From the NCBI GenBank assembly GCA_964202895.1, contig CAXNJM010000002.1, positions 1 through 64,000 on the forward strand: 64,000 nt of DNA. Direction: 5' to 3'. Under the pieces are notes generated by a model. The model did not search any database. It was not told the DNA's origin and saw nothing but the letters and a program-made list of their open reading frames with translations. Source of the DNA: Rickettsiales bacterium UBA1997. Its GTDB lineage: Bacteria; Pseudomonadota; Alphaproteobacteria; Rickettsiales; UBA1997. Positions 1 through 10,489 of this stretch are shown here, in pieces; position 1 is the stretch's first letter, and every line of letters begins with the position of its first letter. The position numbers were made by a program, and so were the translations under genes.

Positions 1-140
1 GAATATTAAGAAGAAGGAGTGGCGCTTTAACGAATTATGATTGTAAGCCAGAAATTGGGAAAATATCAACTTCTGCGGGTGTTGATTTTTATTGTTTTAA
101 AATTCCAGCATCATCTAGCATTGATTATAATAAGTTATCG

Positions 141-1916
141 ATGGGTTTTAAGATAAAAGATCCAGAGCCCATAAACGAAACAAATCCAGAGTGTTTTTTA
201 ACAGAAGATTGCGATACTAAATGTGGCAATACATGTGAAATTAAAGACATTACGGGAGTTGCTAATAATGCTTCTATAGCTACTGGCGGTTCAGTTCAGT
301 GTCAAAATGATACAAGTAAAAAGCTTTCTTATAATTGTAGCAGAGGTGTTTTAACTGTAACAAATAACGAATGCAGTGATCAGGTTGTAAGCCCAATTAT
401 TAACTCATGTCGCACTACATGCAATAAAAATAATGTAGGTTTAAAAAGAGAGAACTCTCGTTATGTTGCAGGTTCCGATACTACAAATAAAATTTGTACT
501 GCAACTGAAATGGCTAACACTAGTTTGGTTTGTCAAAAACAATATTATTGTACTACTCAATATGCTAATAATAGCGGTAGTTATTTTGCAGAAGTTAAAA
601 CTAGAATTGTTAAAGATGGCTCAACTTCTTACTCTGGTTTAATTCAAAGTCTAATTACTCCAGTTACTGAATTTTTAGATGGAGTGCCAAAAAAAGATAC
701 GAATGGCAATATTTCAAAAGATAGCAGTGGTGAAATAATTTATGAAGTCAATGGTCAGTCGATGAATGTTTATAAATATATAATTAGCAACCCTTCATTT
801 CAAGTAGTTTTGAAAATGTCCTTAATATTATTTGTGGCATTTTACGGTTTATTTTATGTGATGGGCTTATCAGAGTTTAGTTATGGAGAAGTGATAACAA
901 GAATTGTTAAGATAGGCTTGGTTTATATGTTTTTAGGGGCAAGAGGCTGGGAATGGTTTCAACTTATATTTGTTGAGTTTTTTAAAGATGGAGTTAACTA
1001 TTTAACATTTTCAATGGCATCATCATTTGATGATTCTGTTGGAGTTGCGATTAAATCTAATCAATTTTACGATAAGTCAATTTTATTTAGACCAATCGAT
1101 AAGGTGATAGATTTATTTATATCGCCTATAGTGCAAAAGAAAATCTCCGCCTTGTTTTTTGAAGGTTGGGTTGGTTGGATATTCTTTTTGTTAGTATATT
1201 GGGGTTTTTATATTTATATAGTATCTGTTGTGAGTGCAGTGATGTTATATATTACCGCTCAAATGTTTATAAGTATATTATTTGCAATTGCTCCTGTATT
1301 TTTTGTTTTCTTGCTTTATAGCAGAACCAAAAGCTTTTTTGATAATTGGGTTAAGCAGTTAATATCTTTTTCGTTGCAACAAATATTTCTGATGATGACT
1401 CTTGGTTTTTTCAGTATGATGTTTTACGAAGTTTTAAAAATGATCCTTAATTATGAGGTGTGTTTTGAGCCGGTCTGGACACTTCCACTTGGAATTATCA
1501 AAATTAGTCTTCTTTCCGCTTGGAAAATCTCTGAATCGCCTTCAATTGCTGGATATAGCGATTTTGGCGGTGATGGTGGTAGTGCTTCAAGTTCTCCGTC
1601 TCTATTTTCAGTTTTATTTTTATGGTTAACAGCATCATTAGGAGATAAATTTATTAATTTTATGTCTGGACTAGCTTCAACTATTGCAGGGTCTTACATT
1701 ACTGCAAGTAGTGTTGTTGATAATTTAAAAGCCTCAGCAAAAGGTGTGGCTGGTGCTGGCTTTAATCTTGCTAAAAATGCAGCTAAGAGCAAAGGTTTTG
1801 ACCCTGAAAAATCAATTAGCGATAAGTTAGGCTCGGATGGAAAAAGTCAAAAAGAAAGAAAAGCTGGGGAAGATAACAAGAAGAAAGAGAAAGAAAAGAA
1901 GGAACCAAGAAAATAA
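141..1916 (+). CDS. Multi-pass membrane protein with Cys-rich N-terminal region and Lys-rich C-terminal tail; possibly VirB6/TrbL-like
   Basis: 591 aa ORF. The N-terminal 130 aa is Cys-rich (CFLTEDCDTKCGNTCE...). It is followed by about 7 predicted hydrophobic helices and then a KKEKEKKEPRK basic tail. The VirB6 call rests on architecture only. Confidence 0.35.
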   Translation: MGFKIKDPEPINETNPECFLTEDCDTKCGNTCEIKDITGVANNASIATGGSVQCQNDTSKKLSYNCSRGVLTVTNNECSDQVVSPIINSCRTTCNKNNVGLKRENSRYVAGSDTTNKICTATEMANTSLVCQKQYYCTTQYANNSGSYFAEVKTRIVKDGSTSYSGLIQSLITPVTEFLDGVPKKDTNGNISKDSSGEIIYEVNGQSMNVYKYIISNPSFQVVLKMSLILFVAFYGLFYVMGLSEFSYGEVITRIVKIGLVYMFLGARGWEWFQLIFVEFFKDGVNYLTFSMASSFDDSVGVAIKSNQFYDKSILFRPIDKVIDLFISPIVQKKISALFFEGWVGWIFFLLVYWGFYIYIVSVVSAVMLYITAQMFISILFAIAPVFFVFLLYSRTKSFFDNWVKQLISFSLQQIFLMMTLGFFSMMFYEVLKMILNYEVCFEPVWTLPLGIIKISLLSAWKISESPSIAGYSDFGGDGGSASSSPSLFSVLFLWLTASLGDKFINFMSGLASTIAGSYITASSVVDNLKASAKGVAGAGFNLAKNAAKSKGFDPEKSISDKLGSDGKSQKERKAGEDNKKKEKEKKEPRK

Positions 1917-1935
1917 AATTTAAATTAACTATAAA

Positions 1936-3468
1936 ATGAAAAAGCCAGTAATATTATGTATTCTTGATGGTTGGGGTGTTGGTAATCAAAATTCTGCTTT
2001 TAATGCTATCGCTAAGGCTGATTTGCATTTTTATCCACAAATTTTGGAGAAATATCCGAATTCCACTCTTAAAACTTCTGGTGATGCGGTTGGTTTGCCA
2101 GAAGGGCAAATGGGAAATTCCGAGGTCGGGCATTTTACAATTGGTGCTGGTAGGGTGGTATTTCAAGATCTGCCAAGAATTAACAACAGTATTATTGATA
2201 ATTCATTGCAATCAAATCAATATTTGCAGAATCTTGTAACCGAGTTTCGTGATAGCGATAAAATATGCCATTTAATGGGGTTGCTTTCTGACGGTGGAGT
2301 TCATTCTCACCTTGATCACATTATTTTTATTACTGAATTTTTGCTTGCCAATAAAGTTAAGGTTGCCTTGCATTGCTTTCTTGATGGCAGAGATGTGGCA
2401 CAAAAGAGTGCTTTAAAATATCTTGATAAAGTTAGTAATTTTAATATTGCCACTATTTCTGGTCGTTATTATGCTATGGATCGCGACAATAAATGGGAAA
2501 GAATAAGTTTAGCTCATTCTGCAATCATTGATGGAGTTAATAATATCGACAATCATCGATTTAATAATTACCTAGATTTCATCAATCAATCTTATCAACA
2601 AAATATTACTGATGAATTTATCAAGCCTGCAGTTAGTAGCAACTATCAAGGCATTAAAAATGACGATGCATTAATATTTATAAATTTTCGTGCTGATAGA
2701 GCGAGGCAATTATCGCAGGCATTGGTGGCTGATGATTTTACTTTTTTTAACCGCAGAAAAATAAATTTTTCTCATAAAATTGCGATGGCAGAATATTCTG
2801 CGGAGCTTAATCAATATTTTAAAATTCTTTTTCCTAGCCAATCAATCAATAATTCTCTAGGTGAATTGTTGCAAAATCACGGCAAAACTCAACTGAGAAT
2901 CGCTGAAACCGAAAAATATGCCCATGTTTCTTTCTTTTTTTCTTGCGGTAGGGAGCTTGAATTTAAAGGTGAAAATCGTATATTAATACCTTCTCCTAAA
3001 GTTGAAACTTATGATCAACAGCCAGAAATGTCAGCAAGTGAACTTGGAGCTAAGCTGTGCGAAGCAATAAAATCAAGAAAATTTGATTTTATTGTAGTCA
3101 ATTATGCCAATGCTGATATGGTTGGGCATAGCGGTAATCTTGAGGCATCGATTATTGCTTGCAAAACAATTGATAGTCAATTAGAGCTATTAACTAATGC
3201 AACATTAGAATCTGAAGGCTCGCTGGTTATTACTGCGGATCATGGCAATATTGAATCCTTGCAAGATGAAAATCAACAACCTCACACTTCTCATACCACC
3301 AACCCCGTTCCTTTTATTATTATCAATAAAGAATTTGGGAATTCTAATAAAATAAAGCTTAAAAATGGCGGTTTGCAAGATGTCGCACCCACCATAATTG
3401 AGTTGATGAATATAAAGCAACCAACCGAAATGACTGGCTCAAGCCTAATATTAAAAAATTATGAGTAA
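1936..3468 (+). CDS. gpmI: 2,3-bisphosphoglycerate-independent phosphoglycerate mutase
   Basis: 510 aa; N-terminus MKKPVILCILDGWGVG; metalloenzyme core with ITADHGN motif. Confidence 0.9.
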   Translation: MKKPVILCILDGWGVGNQNSAFNAIAKADLHFYPQILEKYPNSTLKTSGDAVGLPEGQMGNSEVGHFTIGAGRVVFQDLPRINNSIIDNSLQSNQYLQNLVTEFRDSDKICHLMGLLSDGGVHSHLDHIIFITEFLLANKVKVALHCFLDGRDVAQKSALKYLDKVSNFNIATISGRYYAMDRDNKWERISLAHSAIIDGVNNIDNHRFNNYLDFINQSYQQNITDEFIKPAVSSNYQGIKNDDALIFINFRADRARQLSQALVADDFTFFNRRKINFSHKIAMAEYSAELNQYFKILFPSQSINNSLGELLQNHGKTQLRIAETEKYAHVSFFFSCGRELEFKGENRILIPSPKVETYDQQPEMSASELGAKLCEAIKSRKFDFIVVNYANADMVGHSGNLEASIIACKTIDSQLELLTNATLESEGSLVITADHGNIESLQDENQQPHTSHTTNPVPFIIINKEFGNSNKIKLKNGGLQDVAPTIIELMNIKQPTEMTGSSLILKNYE

Positions 3469-3928
3469 TTACAAGAAATCTGCTTATAAAAAAAGAATCG
3501 CTTTTATTTTAACAGTTGTATCATTTTCAATATTTGCAGTCTTCGTTATTATTAAAGATTTTCAAAGCAATTTATCTTTTTTTTATTCTCCTAGCGACAT
3601 TATTAATTATGACAATCTCAATGCAAAATTAAAAAGTAAATTAGAAAGCAAGTTCTTTAAAATAAGAGTAGGCGGGCTGGTGAAAGAGGGAAGTTTTGAC
3701 AAAAAAGATAATCAAAATATTGTTTTTATTGTAACTGATTTAAAAAATGAAATTGTAATTAATTATCAAGGAATATTGCCTGATTTATTTCGCGAAAAGC
3801 AAGGAGTAGTTGCGGTTGGTTTTTTTGATTTAGAAAAAAAAATTTTTAATGCTACACAGCTTTTAGTCAAGCATGATGAAAATTATATGCCACCAGAGGT
3901 TGCTAATATTGTTGCCAAAGAAATATAA
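3461..3928 (+). CDS. ccmE: Cytochrome c-type biogenesis protein CcmE
   Basis: 155 aa. N-terminal TM anchor and the LVKHDENYMPPEV heme-binding His motif typical of CcmE. Overlaps the gpmI stop. Confidence 0.85.
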   Translation: MSNYKKSAYKKRIAFILTVVSFSIFAVFVIIKDFQSNLSFFYSPSDIINYDNLNAKLKSKLESKFFKIRVGGLVKEGSFDKKDNQNIVFIVTDLKNEIVINYQGILPDLFREKQGVVAVGFFDLEKKIFNATQLLVKHDENYMPPEVANIVAKEI

Positions 3929-4024
3929 ATCTTAATTTTTTGTTAAAAATGCTCCGTTGCAATTAATAAAAAAATGATTATAATCTTTATTTTTATAGTT
4001 TTTATAATTTAATTTACTTAATTT

Positions 4025-4549
4025 ATGCTTTTTATCCACAATCCTAGAATGAGACCAATCATTCGTTTGTTTATTATTGGTGCAGTTGTTTTTTTAATAA
4101 CTCGTCCTTATAACTTGATTTGCAATGCCTTCAATAAATGTTCGCCAATTTATTTTAGCGATATTCTAGATTACTTACCAAATAATTATCCCGATTACAA
4201 AGCTTCAATTTTAGTTGAAACCGAGAATGAAATGAAAGATCTCCAATTTGAAGCAATTGAGACGGTTAAAGAGGTTATTATCAATGGCAGAACCAGTGAG
4301 TTTGAATATTTAATAAAAAATAAATCAGATAAGCCAATTAGCTTTTTTCTTGAATTAAAAATTGAGCCAGTTGACTTAGAAAAATATGTCTCGAAACGAA
4401 AATGTTTATGCGGTTCTCGCTTTACTTTGGCTCCAAAGGAAGAAAAAATTATCAAAGCTAAATTAAAGATTGATAAACACATTATGAAAGATTCTCAATT
4501 CAAAAGAGATGAAGGCATGAGAATATTATATAGAGTTAAAGGATATTAA
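4025..4549 (+). CDS. Cox11/CtaG-like cytochrome c oxidase assembly protein (divergent)
   Basis: 174 aa. N-terminal TM. The C-terminal pattern KCLCGSRFTLAPKEE...KIDKHIMKD resembles the Cox11 CFCF...L.PGE...IDP region. Lies next to ccmE. Confidence 0.4.
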   Translation: MLFIHNPRMRPIIRLFIIGAVVFLITRPYNLICNAFNKCSPIYFSDILDYLPNNYPDYKASILVETENEMKDLQFEAIETVKEVIINGRTSEFEYLIKNKSDKPISFFLELKIEPVDLEKYVSKRKCLCGSRFTLAPKEEKIIKAKLKIDKHIMKDSQFKRDEGMRILYRVKGY

Positions 4550-4572
4550 TTAAATAATTTTCCTCAATATTT

Positions 4573-6591
4573 ATGTCCCGCAAGCTTGAAAATCAAGCTT
4601 TGTCAGATAAAATTTTGGTGCAGGTTTTGTTGCCATTAGTTTTTGATAAAAGTTTTACCTATTATGCCGATAGCAATATCAAGGTTGGAGCGGTGGTTGA
4701 GGTAGAGTTTGGTCGTCAAAAAATTTGGGGAATTATCGTTGAAATTAATGTCGCTTCTGCCGAAGAAGCTCCGGCCTATAAAATTAAAGATGTTATCAAT
4801 ATTCATCCAGATTTATTTTTTACTCCTCAAATAATTGAATTTATTGAGAAAATAGCCTCTTATAATCTTGCTTCTCGCGGGATGGTGCTTAAATCTTTTT
4901 TAAATATTATCAATAGCAATAAAAAGCGGAAGAAGGCAATAATCGCTAAGTCTGATGATTTTTGCAATCATCAAATTATATTAAAAAAATTATCCGATCA
5001 ACAGCAAAAAATTGCCGATAAAATAAGCGAAGAAATCAATATTGACAAGCCTTTACCAATATTGCTCGAAGGAGTTACAGGCTCTGGAAAAACTGAAATT
5101 TATTTCAAGCTAATTGCTGAGTTATTGCAAAATCAATCTCCTCAAAAGGCTCAAATATTAATTTTGTTGCCAGAAATTGCTCTTACTAGCCAAATTATTA
5201 AAAGATTTCAAGAGCAATTTAATTTTCCTCCCGCTTTGTGGCATTCGCAAATTACTGCTAAAAATAAATTAGAAATATTTCACGGGCTCAACAGCGGAAG
5301 TTTGCAAATATTGATAGGAGCAAGGTCGGCATTGTTGTTGCCATTCAAAAATCTAAGATTAATTATCGTTGATGAAGAGCACGACCCTTCATTTAAACAA
5401 GAAGATTTATTTAATTTTAGTGCTAGAGATATGGCAATTATCTACGGAAAAATTGCTCAATGCCCCGTTGTTCTTGCTTCGGCAACTCCATCGATTGAAA
5501 GCTTTTATAATTATAAAATTCATAAATATAAGCATTTTCATTTAGAAAGTAAATTCTTTGCCAAAGAAAATAAAATTGATATTGTTGACCTTAAAAATTA
5601 TAAAGATTTTAAAAAAAATCCAATCTCTCCTGCTTTAAAAACCGCCATCCAAGAAACTCTCAATAATCAAAGGCAAGTGTTGCTATTTCTTAATCGCAGA
5701 GGTTATGCCCCTTTAGCAATTTGCAATAAATGTGGCAATAAACAAAAATGCTTAAATTGCGATTTTCATCTGGTTTTTCATAAGAGTAAAAATATTTTAG
5801 CTTGTCATCATTGTGGTTATCAAAAGGCTTCATTTAATCAATGTCAAGATTGCCAAGGTGATGGCGAATTAATTTCTGTGGGAATGGGGGTAGAAAAAAT
5901 ATTAGAACAAGTTGCTTTGCAGTTTGAAGGTGCAAGAATTGCAATGATTACCAGTGATAATATCGATAATTTTACTAAAAGTTCTGAAATAATCGAAAAA
6001 ATTAGCAACCGCGAAATTGATATTATTATTGGCACACAAATGATAACTAAGGGTTATGATTTTAAGCACCTTGCTTTAGTTGGTGTGATTGATGCGGACA
6101 GCTTTTTTTATTCTAGTGATTTGCGATGCACCGAAAGAGCTTATCAAATGCTAACTCAAGTTATTGGCAGGGCGGGGAGGCATGAAGAAGCGGGTAGAAT
6201 TATCTTGCAAAGCCACAATCCTGAAAATTTAATTTTTGAAAAAATTATCAAAGGCAATCAAAATGATTTTTATAATTTTGAGTTATCAAGTCGTCAAATG
6301 CTTGATTTACCGCCATTTGCTAGAATGGCAAGTTTTAAAATTAGCTCGTTAAAAGAGCAGGATGCAAAAAGATTCGCGATAGATTTTATTAAATACTTTC
6401 CCATTGATGAAAAAATTATGCTTATGGGGCCAATATCCGCAAGAATTCAAAGGGTGAAAAACCGTCACAATTTTTTAGTAAATTTAAAAACTCAAAAAAA
6501 TGTTAATATTCAAAAATTAATCAATAATGTTCTAAAAAATATCGAAATTCCCAAAAGCATTAGATTAAATATCGACATTGACCCGCTATAA
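4573..6591 (+). CDS. priA: Primosomal protein N' (PriA helicase)
   Basis: 672 aa; Walker A LLEGVTGSGKTE, DEEH box, Cys-rich zinc-binding region CNKCGN...CLNCD...CHHCG. Confidence 0.9.
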   Translation: MSRKLENQALSDKILVQVLLPLVFDKSFTYYADSNIKVGAVVEVEFGRQKIWGIIVEINVASAEEAPAYKIKDVINIHPDLFFTPQIIEFIEKIASYNLASRGMVLKSFLNIINSNKKRKKAIIAKSDDFCNHQIILKKLSDQQQKIADKISEEINIDKPLPILLEGVTGSGKTEIYFKLIAELLQNQSPQKAQILILLPEIALTSQIIKRFQEQFNFPPALWHSQITAKNKLEIFHGLNSGSLQILIGARSALLLPFKNLRLIIVDEEHDPSFKQEDLFNFSARDMAIIYGKIAQCPVVLASATPSIESFYNYKIHKYKHFHLESKFFAKENKIDIVDLKNYKDFKKNPISPALKTAIQETLNNQRQVLLFLNRRGYAPLAICNKCGNKQKCLNCDFHLVFHKSKNILACHHCGYQKASFNQCQDCQGDGELISVGMGVEKILEQVALQFEGARIAMITSDNIDNFTKSSEIIEKISNREIDIIIGTQMITKGYDFKHLALVGVIDADSFFYSSDLRCTERAYQMLTQVIGRAGRHEEAGRIILQSHNPENLIFEKIIKGNQNDFYNFELSSRQMLDLPPFARMASFKISSLKEQDAKRFAIDFIKYFPIDEKIMLMGPISARIQRVKNRHNFLVNLKTQKNVNIQKLINNVLKNIEIPKSIRLNIDIDPL

Positions 6592-6604
6592 ATTGGCTTT
6601 CATT

Positions 6605-6870
6605 GTCTCGCGAAGTCGTGGAATCTATAATCAGCAAGCTTTTAAAATTTCTTGGACGCCTCTAAAAATTCACCTCCAAACCTTTTATTCCCAAGATTTT
6701 CCAAGGGGGTTTTTAGGGGTTTTTCAGGAAATAATAAACAAATAAACTGGGAAAAAGGACTGGGTCCCGACTTTCGTCGGGATGACGGCGGGGTCGGGAT
6801 GACGGCGGGGGGTAGGGATGACAACCGCAGGATAACTCGAGATTGTCCTGCTTCACGAAGTTGCGTAATC
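6605..6870. repeat. RPE-like palindromic repeat element
   Basis: Contains gggtcccgactttcgtcgggatgacgg plus ggtcgggatgacgg modules that are shared with the other elements in this window. Confidence 0.6.
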
Positions 6871-6964
6871 TGAAAACAAGCAAAAACAATTAATCTTGTA
6901 AAGTAAAATACTTGTTTTAATTTGATGTTTTTAAAATTTATTGTTAATAAACCATTGTTAAATT

Positions 6965-8521
6965 ATGCAAAATCAACAAAATTTTCGTTTAGAATCAGAT
7001 TCCTTCGGTGAAATAAAAGTTCCCGCAGATTCTTATTACGGGGCTCAAACTCAAAGATCGGTGCAAAATTTCCCCATTTGCCATAATAATGCAGGGCATA
7101 AAATGCCAAAAGAAGTTATTTATGCAATGCTGTTGATAAAAAAAGCTTCGGCACTGACCAATAAAGAATTAATGGCTATCGACCCAAATTCTATAGAGTT
7201 TAAGAAATTTTCTCCTGAAATTGCCGATAAAATTATTGATGCGGTGGATACAATAATTTCAAGGTTTGATTGGTTCTATGAACATCATTTCCCCTTGGTT
7301 GTTTGGCAAACTGGTTCTGGCACTCAAACTAATATGAATGTTAATGAGGTTATTGCTTCGGTTGCCAATGAAAAAGTTACAGGAAAGAAGGGCGGTAAAG
7401 AGCCAGTTCACCCAAATGATCACTGTAATTTAGGGCAAAGTTCTAACGACACCTTCCCAACCGCGATGCACATTGCAACGGTTCTCACAACCTATGAAAA
7501 ATTATTGCCAACTCTAATTCGCTTTGCCAATGAATTAGCTAAAAAAGAAGAGCAATTTAAAAATATCGTTAAAATTGGCAGAACTCACACTCAAGATGCA
7601 ACCCCCGTTACTCTAGGACAAGAATTTTCTGCCTATAAAATTCAAATTCAAACCGCTTCGGTTTTTGTTTCGCAGGCAATTTGTTATGTTGTTCACCTCG
7701 CTCAAGGTGGCACTGCTGTTGGAACGGGGCTTAATTGCCACCCGCAATTTGCTCAAAATTTTGCTTCTAAAATTACTGAAATATCTAAAATTAAAGATCT
7801 TCATCATCAATTGCTAGAGCTTGAATTATGCAGAAGCGATGCCAAAGACGGCTGGTGGAAGGTTAGGGAATCTAACCTCGCTACTCTTGGGCTTAATCAT
7901 GGCGATGCTTTTTATAGCAGTAAGAATAAATTTTTTGCTCTTGCTTGCAATGATGAGTTGGTTAATTTTTCTGGTTCACTCAATAGTTTGGCGGGCTCTT
8001 TAATGAAAATCGCCAACGATATTCGCTTCCTCGCCTCTGGTCCTCGTTCTGGACTTGGTGAAATTAGCCTTCCTGAAAATGAACCGGGCTCTTCAATAAT
8101 GCCCGGAAAAGTCAACCCGACACAGTGCGAAGCCTTGACAATGCTTGCTTGTCAGGTTATTGGCAATAATGTGGCAATTACTACCGGCGGAATGCAAGGG
8201 CATTTTGAGCTTAATGTGTTTCGCCCGATGATAATTAGAAACATCTTGGAATCAATTAATCTAATATCCGACGGTATTAACAGCTTTATTGATAATTGTT
8301 TGGTGGGAATTATCGCCAACGAAGCAAGAATCAAGCAATTAGTTGAACAATCTTTAATGTTAGTAACTGCACTCAACCCCTATATTGGCTACGATAATTC
8401 AGCAAAAATTGCTAAGAATGCTCATAAAAAAGGCATTACCTTAAAAGAATCCGCACTTGAACTAGGCCTAGTTTCTGATGCCGATTTCGACAAATGGGTC
8501 AAGGCCGAGGAGATGGTTTAG
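6965..8521 (+). CDS. fumC: Fumarate hydratase class II
   Basis: 518 aa; GSSIMPGKVNPTQCEA signature, MQNQQNFRLESDSFG N-terminus. Confidence 0.9.
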   Translation: MQNQQNFRLESDSFGEIKVPADSYYGAQTQRSVQNFPICHNNAGHKMPKEVIYAMLLIKKASALTNKELMAIDPNSIEFKKFSPEIADKIIDAVDTIISRFDWFYEHHFPLVVWQTGSGTQTNMNVNEVIASVANEKVTGKKGGKEPVHPNDHCNLGQSSNDTFPTAMHIATVLTTYEKLLPTLIRFANELAKKEEQFKNIVKIGRTHTQDATPVTLGQEFSAYKIQIQTASVFVSQAICYVVHLAQGGTAVGTGLNCHPQFAQNFASKITEISKIKDLHHQLLELELCRSDAKDGWWKVRESNLATLGLNHGDAFYSSKNKFFALACNDELVNFSGSLNSLAGSLMKIANDIRFLASGPRSGLGEISLPENEPGSSIMPGKVNPTQCEALTMLACQVIGNNVAITTGGMQGHFELNVFRPMIIRNILESINLISDGINSFIDNCLVGIIANEARIKQLVEQSLMLVTALNPYIGYDNSAKIAKNAHKKGITLKESALELGLVSDADFDKWVKAEEMV

Positions 8522-8559
8522 AGATAATTTAATTTTAAAAATATTTAACTAGAAATGCA

Positions 8560-9432
8560 ATGATTCCTAAATACACTGAAATAATTCATCCATTATTAAA
8601 GCTTATTGCCAGAGAGGCTTTAACCAGAAGAAGTGCTGCTGAAAATTTAGTAAAAATTTTTAAATTGACTGAAGAAGATAAAAATGAGAAAATTTCTTCT
8701 GGTACTTATAAATTTGAAAATAGGGTTGGTTGGGCTTTTACCTACCTAACCAAAGCTGAATACATAGAATTAACGGAGCGAAAAGCTGTTTATCGTATTG
8801 CAAATTTAGGGTTAGATGCCCTTAAAGAGGCAGAAGAAAAACATATTTTTATAGATAAAAAATATTTAGAAAAAAATTCGATTAATTACTTAAATAATTG
8901 GCAAATAAAAAAGCAAAATAACGAAATTCAATTAAATGAAGAAAATGATGAAAGTGATGTAATTTTTGATTTAGAGGCTGAGCTAGAAAAAGTCGATAAT
9001 GAGTTTAACTTTATGTTATTGCAAAAAATTAAAGCGATGAGTTGGCAAGAGTTCGAAGATTTGTGCGCTACTCTTCTTGAGAAAATGGGTTATGGAGTGG
9101 CATCAAAAAGACAAATTAGAGTTGGTGACGGTGGAATTGATGGAGAAATTTTTGAAGATGAACTTGGTTTAAAAGGAAAGATTTACATTCAGGCAAAAAA
9201 ATGGGATAACAATAATATACAGCCTAAAGATATGAAGGAGTTTCTATATAATGTTAGGGGCAATAAGGGTGTATTTATTACCACATCTGATTTTAGTCAA
9301 AAATCAAGAGAAGAGGCTCAAAATTACAAAGAGGGCAAGGTGGCATTGATAAATTATAGTGATTTAATCAAGCTTTGCAAAAAATATCAAGTTTTCTGTG
9401 AAAAACAGACTATTGAAATTTTTAAATTATAA
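8560..9432 (+). CDS. mrr: Mrr-like type IV (modification-dependent) restriction endonuclease
   Basis: 290 aa. N-terminal Mrr_N winged-helix region (YKFENRVGWAFTYLTKA). C-terminal Mrr catalytic core (RVGDGGIDGEIFEDELGLKGKIYIQAKKW...GVFITTSDF) collinear with E. coli Mrr. Confidence 0.75.
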   Translation: MIPKYTEIIHPLLKLIAREALTRRSAAENLVKIFKLTEEDKNEKISSGTYKFENRVGWAFTYLTKAEYIELTERKAVYRIANLGLDALKEAEEKHIFIDKKYLEKNSINYLNNWQIKKQNNEIQLNEENDESDVIFDLEAELEKVDNEFNFMLLQKIKAMSWQEFEDLCATLLEKMGYGVASKRQIRVGDGGIDGEIFEDELGLKGKIYIQAKKWDNNNIQPKDMKEFLYNVRGNKGVFITTSDFSQKSREEAQNYKEGKVALINYSDLIKLCKKYQVFCEKQTIEIFKL

Positions 9433-9618
9433 GCGCCAATTTGTAAAAAAAAAGAGATATGGTGTTGGTTGTATTTCTAATAGCAGAAAGCTACCAAAGA
9501 ATGAAGATTTATCAAAAGATTCTGCCATTAAAAAATGTGTTAAGGGTCATTTTGCCATAAAAGCTGAAGACTTAGCAAAATTAATAAATATAAATATAAC
9601 TAAAAATATCATTGCTTT

Positions 9619-9990
9619 TTAAGTGCCACAAAAAGTGTTTAGCACTCTTTCGTGTTCTTGCGGTGGTGAGTAGTATTTGTGGTATTTTTTATTTTCCGTG
9701 AAAGGGTTTTGGATTGCTTGTAAAAATTCATTAAATTCACTGTAATCATTTTTAAAAACTGATTGTTGAATTATGTCGGCGATGATGTGATTTCTAGCTA
9801 TTAAAATCGGATTTACTTTATCCATTGCGGTGGCAATTTCATTGAGTTCGGAGCTTTCTTTTTTTAAGCGATTTTGCCATTTTTCTTGCCAATCAAGATA
9901 TTTTTTATCTGCTACATAAAAGCTGGTCTTTTTAGTGTTTTCTTGACTGCTTTCTTGAGTGCTTTCTGGCATTAAAACTTTGTTTGGTAT
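9619..9990 (-). pseudogene. Duplicated 3' fragment of selO (C-terminal about 120 codons)
   Basis: 9614-9990 is near-identical in nucleotide sequence to 12420-12796, the genuine selO 3' end. The fragment encodes ESTQESSQENTKKTSFYVADKKYLDWQEKW...TFCGT. Confidence 0.8.
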
Positions 9991-9992
9991 AT

Positions 9993-10029
9993 GGGGAACC
10001 CCGCAAGGTGGGGCAAGGCTCGTGCCCCG
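9993..10029. repeat. Compound palindromic element; left inverted copy flanking the R-M cassette
   Basis: ggggaaccccgcaaggtggggcaaggctcgtgccccg. Its reverse complement recurs at 12246-12286. Confidence 0.7.
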
Positions 10030-10075
10030 TATATAATTTATAAATACATACAAAAGCCCATTGGGTTTTGGTATA

Positions 10076-10489
10076 TTAAATTTTTTCAACAATTTCTTTT
10101 ATAACTTCTTCAGGTTTTCTAATTTTATCTTCATCAATAAGTTGATAAACTCTATTTTTTGCTATAAAGATATTATTTCTTTTTAGTTTTGGGTCTCTTC
10201 CAATGGTAGCAAGATTAAAGTTATAAAATTTACCTTGTTTTAAATTAAATTTACCAAATATGCTATTAGATAAATAAACATCGGTAGTGCATTCAATATA
10301 AATTTTCTTCTTTTTGGTGATTAGTTTAAAGCTTCCAGCGATATGAAATTTAGAAATCTCCTCTCTTTCTGCTTTTATGCCATTCGCTATTTCAATAAAA
10401 ATATCTTCATCTAGATTTTTAAATTCTTGGATTTTTAAAACATCTTTTCTAATGCCATTAGCAGAATAAAATGAAGTTAATTTTTTTCT
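10076..10489 (-). pseudogene. Start-less 137-codon ORF in the -1 frame directly after the endonuclease gene (decayed gene or frameshift extension)
   Basis: Open from the stop at 10490-10492 down to the stop at 10076-10078 on the minus strand. It has no ATG/GTG/TTG. It is reached from the endonuclease frame by a -1 slip on an A7 tract. Confidence 0.3.

Noticed and set aside
1954-2239. Short ORFs (70 aa and 91 aa) overlapping gpmI; many similar 60-100 aa ORFs occur inside or antisense to long genes throughout the track
   Set aside because: AT-rich DNA throws up chance open frames. They sit inside well-supported genes and have low-complexity translations
6642-6873. ORFs 6642-6824 and 6652-6873; similarly 12124-12386, 15043-15234, 27438-27644, 32321-32530 and 35614-35871
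   Set aside because: Their translations (for example GPDFRRDDGG) are simply RPE-like repeat sequence read in frame, not independent genes
9398-9622. 74 aa ORF between mrr and the selO-tail duplicate
   Set aside because: Lys-rich low-complexity translation with no motif; probably intergenic
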